Below are positions 1 through 13,000 of a stretch of 64,000 nucleotides of DNA, piece after piece. The stretch covers positions 46,502,001-46,566,000 of the forward strand of contig CM097885.1 in NCBI GenBank assembly GCA_044892525.1. Reading direction: 5' to 3'. Below the pieces are notes generated by a model that was not told the DNA's origin, did not search any database, and saw only the letters and a program-made list of their open reading frames with translations. Made by a program: the position numbers and the translations under genes. The stretch's first letter is position 1, and every line of letters starts with the position of its first letter. The stretch comes from Schmidtea polychroa (taxonomy: Eukaryota).

Positions 1-104
1 GAGCTAGACAATGGTAGGAGCCCACTCGAAAGTTTAAAATTTCAAATGATAAATTTAATGTTTTTGTTCTCAATTCCATTTAAAAAAATTCTATTCATTT
101 CAAG

Positions 105-560
105 TTGGAAAGCTACGACAATGTTATCGAGACATGCAATACGATTCTAAATTATGATGCATCCAATGTAAAAGCCTTATTCAGAAAAGGAAAAAGTTTA
201 ACAATGAAAGGAAATTACGATGAAGCTATTCCCATTTTAAGGCGGGCTCTTGAATTAGAGAACAGTAAATTGATTGCTGGAGAAATACAAAGATGTTATC
301 AACTGAAACGAGCCGAAGATGAACAGAGAGCCCGTGTTTGTAGGAAAATGTTTGGTACGGGAGCTAAAAATTCCACTGAAAAGTATGAGGAATCTACCAC
401 TTCTAGCTGGAAAAAAACTGTAATGAATAATTTCAATGAATACTTTCGTTATTGATTAATTCAGGTTTATAAATATTCACCTTACATTGGCGCTGTTCTA
501 ATAACTGGAATTTCTGTCATGCTCGCATCCATTGCTATAGCGAAATCTAAGGGAAATTAA
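105..560 (+). CDS. Last two exons (105-419, 465-560) of a TPR protein with C-terminal transmembrane tail, FKBP8/FKBP38-like
   Basis: TPR motif NVKALFRKGK..GNYDEAIPILRRALELE, then RKMFG. A 45-nt GT..AG intron (420-464, phase 0) joins to VYKYSPYIGAVLITGISVMLASIAIAKSKGN* (hydrophobic tail anchor). AG acceptor at 103-104, AATAAA at ~606. Confidence 0.8.
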
Positions 561-1300
561 TTTTATTCTTAGTTGCATCTTTTTGATACTGTTTGTTCAA
601 ACAAGAATAAATTTTACTTACATCAACTTTGTTTTGTACTACATTTCTCAATGGTTTCATATTTTGCTGTGTTAATATTCAACATGCAAGTGTTATTAGA
701 ATTGAATAATATTTTTTATGTTTTGTTTTGTTGGTAATATATATTCGAAAACTTTAAATTACTTAATATTTGATGCTGTGGCATTAAATAATATGGTTTG
801 AAAATTTCATCATTTTCTATTTATGAACTATTTTATCCATTCAGGGTTGGAAATTCCTGATCATTTGTCGTTTGATGTACAGATGTTATAAAATATTTTT
901 ATAAATATGTAAAACTCGTTTGTGGTGGCGTATAAAACAAAAAATAATTTAAATGGTAATGATATTATAATTGTTCATTGACGTCATCAAAAGTGATAAT
1001 TCCAAAGCAAAACTTGAAAATTTGAAAGACTTGTTGAATGAAATGATTTTAAAATAAAATTGATAAGATAAATAGATGGGATCAGCGAGTTAATATGTAA
1101 ACGGACTGTGTGATAAAAGAAACTAACAGGAGCAGTATCATTTGACATAAGAAGAACAAGAATATGTAGGGTGTTTTTCAATATGTTGGTCACGAGCGCA
1201 AACCAAACTCGTTTTTGTTGAGAAAATCTGTAGGACCAAGCCGAGTCGCCTTTAAAAATAAATACTATCTCGGACAGCTGTGGTGTATGTGTGTTATTAT

Positions 1301-1372
1301 CTCTGTGGGACAAAACCACGTGCTTTCCATCTCTCGGCACCGTCCCTTGAGTTTGGCAAGTTTTGTTCGAAG
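1301..1372 (-). pseudogene. Degenerate fragment resembling the orphan giant-LTR protein
   Basis: A frame not in the ORF track reads LRTKLAKLKGRCREMESTWFCPTE, matching QIGRYKRKIDELEGTWFSP (ORF 12783) and YIGALKKRIDLYEGTWFSP (ORF 49366). Flanked by stops. Confidence 0.5.
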
Positions 1373-2622
1373 CTACTCGACCTAGTGTTGCGCCCGTTCT
1401 CGATCTTGGCTTAGATTTTCCATCAATTTGAACACTGAAAGAAGATATGGTATGACCTCGTGACAACTTATGAAAATCAGATAATCAACTCGTTTTATTC
1501 ATCGTAATAGTGGGAAAAAACATAACAACCCCCGGGGTCCTACGCTGTATTTTGTATTATCGCAATTTCGGTCAGTCTTTTCACCAGTTGCTCTAAGTAA
1601 CCCTGTCCTGGAATCTCCATTTAGCAACCTATCTCCCTCTTAAACACAGCACTAAAACACGATAAAAGGTACAAATGATCGTAGTGTTAATTCCTGGAAG
1701 CAATTGGAGTCGGCCTTTGGGACTCGTTCGACTTGTTCCAGGGGTGGTCTAGTCTGTCCGTATTGCACAACAGCCGGGCGGTTCCATCTGGATCCTCGAG
1801 CTCGCCATTCAATATTTTCTCTTCAATATTTTCAATATTTCAATATTTTCACTCCGGCGTCTTTGAACGTGCACATCTGAGCCTGTTTTCCTAAATTGAC
1901 TTAGGGTTCTAATTTTGGCTGTACTGGTACCGTACCCTCGTACATCCACTCATGGATCCGATACCAGATTCATCTAGATCAGAGCCGGGTGATAGATTCG
2001 GTGTCACTGGGGGCGATCTGACTTCCATCTTGAGATACCTTTTGGTTGAAATCGACCGTCTAAGTATTGGTTTGGGGAGTTGCTTTCTGTGTTTGAGACA
2101 TCTTTGTTACGATGATGTTTAAATTAAATTTTTAGTTATTGTTTTCTTTTCAAAATTATCATGGGGCCTATAATATGAAAGATTGTAAAAAGAGGCGATT
2201 TCGTTTTTTTGCTGTTACACAAAAAAATTTTGGGGTAATGATTAAAAAAGTTCCCCGGCCGCTGATATAGTTGAATGAATATATGTTAATTTTAGTCTAG
2301 TCTATTGTAACTTCATATGAATCTTTAATTATTTAGATCAGGGGTTCCGAACCTGTGGGTAATTACCCCCGGGGGTAAACACGCTATTCTTCAGGGGTAG
2401 CAGAGAACAATTTGTTAACTGAAGGCTGAATCACATTTGCATTATCACATTTGCCTCAGCCTACCGCGCCGTATGGCAGTTTGAGACTCAAACAAGTTGT
2501 ATACGTTCGATTTTCCGGTCATGAAGTAATTACATATATTATTTACGTTTTTGAAGGTAAGTAGTAACAAATAATGATAATTAATTATGAGTAGTTTTTG
2601 TTTCTCAATATTCTTAGGTGGC

Positions 2623-5187
<2,565 letters not shown>

Positions 5188-6755
5188 TTATTATTATTAA
5201 TTCATAGTTAAAATATCGTAACATTGTTGTGTTTTTATGTAGCCACAATGTATCCAGTTTTCTGACTAACTGCTGGGCAATGACAACTTTGTAATTAATA
5301 AACATTAGAATTCGCTTGCATTAAGTGTTTTTATAACATTTTAAAATTGGGGTAAAATTTGATTTCCTAACAGGTTACAGGGGTAGCAGTATTATAAAGG
5401 TTAGGAACCACTGATTTAGTTCAATCAATTTATAATGTAAATTTATCAATTACATTGATTTAATTTAAATTTATTTTCACTTAAGAAATTATTATAAATA
5501 AATTTTAATAAAAAATTAAAGAAATTATTAAATTGTACTTTATTTTAATAAGGTTTTTATATTTATTGTGTGAACTAAAATTTAAAAATAAAATAAAATA
5601 TATTCTTCGAATTAAAAACATACACTAACAGAAATAAAACATAAAATTTAAAGATGAAGGCTATAAATCATAAAAGATGAAAGATATAAATTACTACAAT
5701 ACCCAAAAAATAATATACACTAAAAGACTACCTCAATAATAAAGTAAAAATGTCAATAAAATATCAACAACTATGAATTACACTGGCTATAAAATGTTTT
5801 TGAATGAATTTATTGTTCATCGAATCAAGTTGCTTGGAGAAATCATCTGGATTGTTGTTGTTCTCAAAAATTGGCATTGGTTCTCAAATGATCTCCTGCA
5901 AATACGTTTACCCTGTATTTGCTTGACCCTGATTTATAATAATTATTGAGAGTGACTGATTGGATAGGCCAACAAAAATTTCATTTCGTCTTTGACGTTT
6001 GAAAAAAAAGCCAATATCGATTATGGCTACTTATTTGCTTTTGCTAATCTCAGTCGCAGAAACGTAACAAATAAGAAAGGAAGATTCTGTTTCAGATTCC
6101 AACCACATACATTCAAACTTTTTAAAAAATATATTTCAAACTCTTCAATTATTCTTATACTCCTACAAAGTTAAATATATGAAATTTATTAAATTGTAAC
6201 ATTTTATTCTAATGAAATAATTTTGTCTACTAAATTAAATAAAGATTTTGTAAAATATTTGGTATTTTTCTATTGTGAATTAATCTGCCAAAAATTTTTA
6301 TAATCATATAAAATGTACGATTTCCATCGATTTTAATTGGTACTGGTTGTATTTTAAGTAGTTTTTTAAATTTACAATTTTAAAATAAAGTCTCTAAATT
6401 TAATTTAATCTTTTCCTGTTTATTTTAAATTTAAATTATTTGTTTCTCGGTTTTACCGAATTTTATCCTATTTTTTATGGGTTCATTTGTTTTTAATGTG
6501 TTAAAACAAATCCATGAATATTAATTTTTATTAAAACTAATTTTTTGATTTTTAATTTTTAAAATAGGAGACAATATATTTAAGTTTTTATAAAAACGTT
6601 AACTTTTAAAAATAACCTATTTTTAAGAATATGCCAAAGTTTAGTAATTAAAATCTTGTTTAAATAATATTTAATTTTATGAAATGGCGAAGAAACAAAA
6701 TTTATTAAAGTTGCTTACAACTTATTACTATTATAATAATTAAATTTTACTTTAG

Positions 6756-7002
6756 AGAAAAATCTAAACCTGTCGAAGATCATGTTCAAGCCAATCCAAA
6801 AAAGTTATTTAATCAATTGAAAAATAAAATTATAAATGAGAAAAAGCAGATGGAATTCGTTAAAAAAGCAAAGCAAGAAAAGAAATTATCCCGTAAAAAG
6901 AAAAATGCAGCTTATTTAGTGAAGCATGCAAATGGTCAACCAAAAATGAAAAGTCGTGTTTCACAAATGTTAGAAGAAATACGATCTAAAAAAACTAAAT
7001 AA
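6756..7002 (+). CDS. Terminal exon of a FYV7/CCDC59(TAP26)-like lysine-rich nuclear protein
   Basis: TTTTACTTTAG acceptor. C-terminal NGQPKMKSRVSQMLEEI resembles the family GQPxMxxRxxxLLxKI motif. AATAAA at ~7024. Confidence 0.55.
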
Positions 7003-7068
7003 ATTTATTATGACAAAATATTAATAAAATTTTTTTAATAAATCTTTATTTGATTTGATTGTTTAATT

Positions 7069-10000
7069 CTAATCACTTGAGGACAAAAGTGGATTCACCT
7101 CATTTTCATCTGTAAATAGAGAATTGTTTGCCATTGATGCGTTTGTCACTAAAAATGAAATTCGTTTATAAATAATACAGAAATTTTGAATTGATTTAAA
7201 GTTTGATATTTGAATTAAGTAATCCGCAATAAATATCCAATTTTTGTATAAATTATAAAATATAATTAAGTTTAATGTAAAATTTAGTTTTGCTTTAGCA
7301 ACTTGCGTTTTCTACACAGTGAATGCTAATTGCTTTTAATTTCTAGAAAAATTATGATCCAATTACGAATTAAATATTTTTGTTTAAAAAGATTTGGATC
7401 TGGACTTACCATGAGCACATTTATAAATTAAACTACCATTCGTGGTAGTAGCTGAACCATCTCTCATCTTAGATTTGGTGATGAAACAATCTAGTACTGT
7501 TTTTATATTTCACTTGATTCTTGTCTTTATATGGTCTTTTTTCATTGACACTAAATTTACAGAAAATATACATTTAGTTTGTACAAAAAATTGTACAAAG
7601 TCGAAATTAAATTGACATATCTCGATAGCCTGAAAAGTGATTACCGGAGAAGCCGAGAAATTACGTCTTCATAATATCGCTGTCAGAAATAATAAATGAA
7701 CTGAAAATAACCAAAAAAAATGCACAGGAAGGGAAAAATTGAACGAAAGTCAGTACCACTAAGTTCCATTAAATTATAGACTATAAAAGTAAATAAAACT
7801 TGAATGAAAACAATTTTGTTTTAGAGAACAGAATTTGTAAAGTAAAAAGGAAACAGAAGTTGGAAAGAAAAGACGAAACAGAATTAAAACGATAATTGAT
7901 AATATTTAATTAGACGGACACCCTCAAACTCTTCGAAATTTAAAGTAGTAGTAAATTCGATGATCAATAAAGCTGAGTTATGGAATACCGATTTTATTAT
8001 CTTTCTTTTTCAAATGGTATATAGAGAGACGATGTTGAGTGAGATTTCAAAATACTATTAAGGAAAATTTTGAAAGACAATATCGAATACACAGAAAAGA
8101 CAAATATTAGATATAAAAATATGGCTGAAATAACTGTAAACCCGAAAAGCGGGGTATTTAAAAGGTTTCATTGAAATCAATCGAAGGAAAATGCAGATTG
8201 TTTCTGAGTTTGAACTTCCTTATATAGTTGAAATAATCGTAATGATTAAGCCTGGCACAATATCGTACCTTGTCTCGCAGCCCTTTTCATCTTTTTTCCT
8301 TCGAAATGAATAAGTAATTGTTCCACCGTGCGTCTCTTTCCCGTTTTCCCTTTACTCATGTTGTCATGATAACAGTTTTAACTAACGATTTTCTGTTTTT
8401 GTACGTTTTCCTGCATTTCGACCCTTTCTGAACATATTTTGATGAATACATTCTCGCAATGAGCTTTCCCATAATCTCCTTTACATCGGACCCATTTATC
8501 AAATTTTAATTCGATGATTTCTTGATTTTGAATTTTCAATATTCCTTTTTTAATTATTTGGAAATTTGAAATTGAAAATTAATAAAATACAAATTAAAAA
8601 TAATACTGGAAATTATTTTTAAATATAAAACTATAACAAACATTTTTCTTTCAGCCCTTTTCCGAAATTTTTAATTACAACGATGCTCATCACCATAAGA
8701 GTAATACGAATTAATAGAGACAATAGACAGCATGCAAACGTAAATGATGCTACTTTAGTAACTGGAAACAATATAGGTCTCCCACTGGCATTTATGATAT
8801 TTGTGATCGTCTAAAGATTAAAATTATAAAGTTATTGCTTTGAAAACAAAATAATTAGGAATCTATAGTCGGCATGATTTAAATACTTTTTGAAAATTGA
8901 ATAAAATTTATCTACACAATACACACTAGAAGTTTCCTAGTTTAAGTTTTTATTTTCTCTATGCTTTTAATGCTATTCGTCGAACTAAATGCTTATTTTA
9001 CTTATCATAGGAATCGAAATTCTCTTTTTATACCACTTCTACCATTTATCATTATTTTAACTTTAATGAATATTAGAAGCTGCTAGAACATCTTCTACAT
9101 TATTTTTAAAATGTGGTTCAAAAGATAACGTCATAATTCCAAGTATTTATTTAATGAAATATTGTATAAGATTCAAACAAATTTTCAGTCCTGAATAAAA
9201 TATTTTCAAAACAATTTATTAAAATTTTCGATATTTAAAATGTATTTATTTAAAAATTATTTACTAATAAAACTTCTTTTAATAGTCTATTATTTATCAT
9301 TTAAAATTATCTTAATAAATCATTGAAATATTCAATTCTTAGCTGAAAACACCTCACAACAAAAAAAATCTATCCGGCTGTATCCTCTTTTGAAAAAATT
9401 CCATTATTTATCATTATATTAATTAATTTGACAAACAAAAAATTATAAAAATATCCACAATTTTATTTTCAAGTTTACCTCTATAAATACCTACTTCCAT
9501 TTGAAAAATTTAAGATTCTATAATATTAGCACGGCTTGCATTAGTAGAAACACAATTATTATCTGAAACCCCAATTGAAGGAAAAAAACTTACATTGTAA
9601 GTAATAAAGATAATGTAACTTGGTTCGACAAATCCAAAAATAAAAAATATATAAGATCCGATTCGTTTCTCGTATTTGATCTAAAAAAAGTATTTTTAGC
9701 ATATTGATAAAAATAGCTTGAGAAATTTCAACCATAAAATATCCACAAATTCTCCATATAATTGAGAAAGGAATCCCGACTGATAAAATAATATATTGAA
9801 ATGTACCGATTACGACAGTTTGACAAATACATAAAGTAATCATGCACAACTGAAAATAAATTTCAAAAATTAATATTTATATATTAGTTATAATTTATGC
9901 ATATCTATTTTAATATAGTGTTGGGCTGAGTCGAAAACTTAACTTTTGAAAATTTAGAAAATAAGACAGTAGGATATTAAAGAAAATAAAGATAAAATAA

Positions 10001-13000
10001 ATAAATTCAGGAATAAAATAGAGTAAGAAATAAGAGAAACAATAATTAGAAAATAAGAATTAAAACGAAATAAAAATAAGAAAAATTAAAATAAGACAAT
10101 AGAATGACGAACAAAATAATGTAAAATTCAATAAATAATGAGGAAATTAAGGAAATAAATAGAAAATATAGTAAAAATAAAGGAAATAAGGAAAAATAAC
10201 CAAAAAACAGGAAAAAGTAAATTAAATTAAGAAAATAAGCGGTACTCAATTCTGCATACATGCAAAAATACTATATAAACAGACACGAAACTCAGTGCAA
10301 TCACTGTTAATTTCAACTTGCTATAGGTAAGTTACGTTTTAGAACTGTCACTGTTAATTTCAACTTGCTATAGACGATAACCACGCAGAATTTACGGAAC
10401 CTACTCAAGGAATAATATTCAACACGAAATCATCGTTATTTAAGGAAACGACAGGATCAAGGACTAATAGACAAACCTCACAGGAAACTAGCTCGTAAAC
10501 TTCGACTCAGCCCACAATAAATTTCGAATCGATAACTATAGTAAGAAAAGTTTCTATTTGTTTTTAGATTATTAATTATTATGAATTATTACCTAACGAT
10601 TGAAAACTTTGTTTAATAATAGCGTGTCTTTTCATTTGATTTCCCCGTAATGGATTTTGATTAAATTAACTATTTTAATGTCTTATAGTAAACATTCATA
10701 AATAAATGATTTATTTCAGGAAGTTTTTGATGATGTGTTTTTATGCATGAATATCTTACGAATCTAAATTTTTATGAGAAGCGTGGCGTTGAGACGGATG
10801 GCGTCATGGTAAGAGGTGCCTTCGGGAGCTCTGCCGGTGGACGTGCATCGTTTCAATCACGCAGCTGGATTGGGCCGGAATGTGAGGGCTTCGTCACGGG
10901 TCCAATCGCTGAAGATGACTTAAAATTTGATTTGGGTGACAGAAATTTGGTCATAGTAGTAGTTCTAAGCCTATAATGGAGTATAGCTATGCGATTTACA
11001 GTGATTGAGGTGAACACTCTGTCTATACTTACAAGCTCCGAGGGTACTGAGTAGCTCTTCGAGAGAAACATGCGAGCTAATAATGAAAATCTCTGAAGCG
11101 ACTGTCTCTATTCGTTCGAAACTTGGCTCTAAGCTCGAGTGAAATTTAGTCTCCATTTACTTTGACAATAAGTACGTTTTCGGAAATCATCTTTTACCTT
11201 CTAATCAAGTACAATCACGGCGGGTATAAAAGAAATTCAATCATAAATTAAGATATATGAGGACATTTTATTTAAAACACCGTTATGAACAGATTGCCTA
11301 CTACCTGAATCAGTCTCCTTTTCTACGACTCCACCTGAGAGGCATCATCGTCGAAACAGCTCTTATAGTCACCTTCTAGTTAATCCAGGGAGACGTTTCC
11401 GCACCTGATATATCCAACGGCGGAAGACACGATAGTTAGTGACGAAATCCGATTTCGCAGAACAGTTGTGAATTAATAGGCAATGATGTCATCATAAAAT
11501 TTTCTAATACACGATAAGTAGATAAGTAAAGTCCAACACACGCTAGTAGGTTCTATGAACACGGATTGGTGAGAAGTGAACGATTTTCAGAATGATTTGA
11601 ATTTTCCAGCGTTACGTGCATGGATTGATAAGAAGTTCATTAAGCAACACATGAATAGATAAACCTTATGAGAGTGATTGTTGATAAGCACGAGAAATCA
11701 CACTGCCACTAATCCCACATGACAGTACACACGATAAGATTTTGAACAATGTGAATAGCAATGAGTGATCACATTAGATAAGAAATAGCACGAAACGCAG
11801 CACTCCGGTTGTTAACTCTCAGATCGTGTTGCTGATAAAATATTAATGTCACTAACCAGATAAATTAACCAAATCTGTAACCGACTGCAGCATGTCCAGA
11901 CGCATTAAAGTACATTTATGAATTGACCCTTCTCAATTATCAGCGAAACTGTTGAGTAATTATTATAGACTATCCTAAATTTCAACTAAGCAATACGATA
12001 AAGTCATATGAGCCGTTACTACAGTGAATTGTCGGAAGTACGGTTAAACGCCTGAATAGATAAAATCCCATCCAAATGATTTCCAAAGTAATCCTAAATA
12101 ATTAGACTAAATTTTCTAACCTAACTAATAAGCTTGTATTTTAAAAATTTCTAACCCCTTAGTAAATAAATGCATGCTTATAACCCTGTCATGAGAATCG
12201 CGAGTTACTCTACCGTTTGAGTATATTAATATAATCCTACACTCCGGATAACAATCTCAAGGTGTGGTTTGAAGGCAGCACCCGTAGAAGGGTATGACGA
12301 GTGAATTGGCTGAATTCAGTAGCGATAATAGTATAAGTCTGCAATAGTTTCGTTTTTCTAGGGATCTTAACTAGCAGCTCAAACAACAACCTAAAGTTAA
12401 TTAAGCAAAAACCGACAGTACAGTAAATGATAATCCAACCTACTTTAACGGGTAATCAGCGATATTTTGAGTAATCACCAAAGGAAATAAATAATAGATA
12501 GTAGTAGCCAACCAACCAGTAACAGTAAAACGAATTATGATTAACCAGGGTAAGCAACAAGCGGAGAATATCATAAGTATTATTTAAAAATAGTGTACGA
12601 CATATCTAGCGCTACCGCTAAATTCGATCTAAGAAGAGGTTTAATAATTCCAAGGGAGTGTTCCTTTCTCTACTCCCTGTGTTTGTTTATATCTGATAGT
12701 AATTAAGCCACTACTTCCAATTCCCGATTCACAGTCATAGTATAACTTAACCATCATTTTTCCTTCTTTACAGTTATTCAACATGCTACCGAACAACAAG
12801 TCAGTACCACAGCCTTGCTTCTCCTGTGCAGATAAAAATGCAGTGATTAAAGATCTACAAACCCAGATCGGTCGATACAAGCGTAAAATCGACGAGCTGG
12901 AAGGCACATGGTTCAGCCCAGTGCAAATGAAAGAAGTGCAGAAAAAGCTATACCGTAGCGAGCACTGCCGGGACGCTCTAATCTCCGAGAGCCGTTCCCA

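Noticed and set aside
987..1466. 159-aa minus-strand ORF
   Set aside because: Non-ATG start and no recognisable motif. The informative similarity lies in a different frame.
10301..10373. Spliced-leader RNA gene or CRISPR-like repeat-spacer
   Set aside because: Only two repeats, eukaryotic context and no cas genes. The exon does not end in the ATG typical of flatworm spliced leaders and differs between copies.
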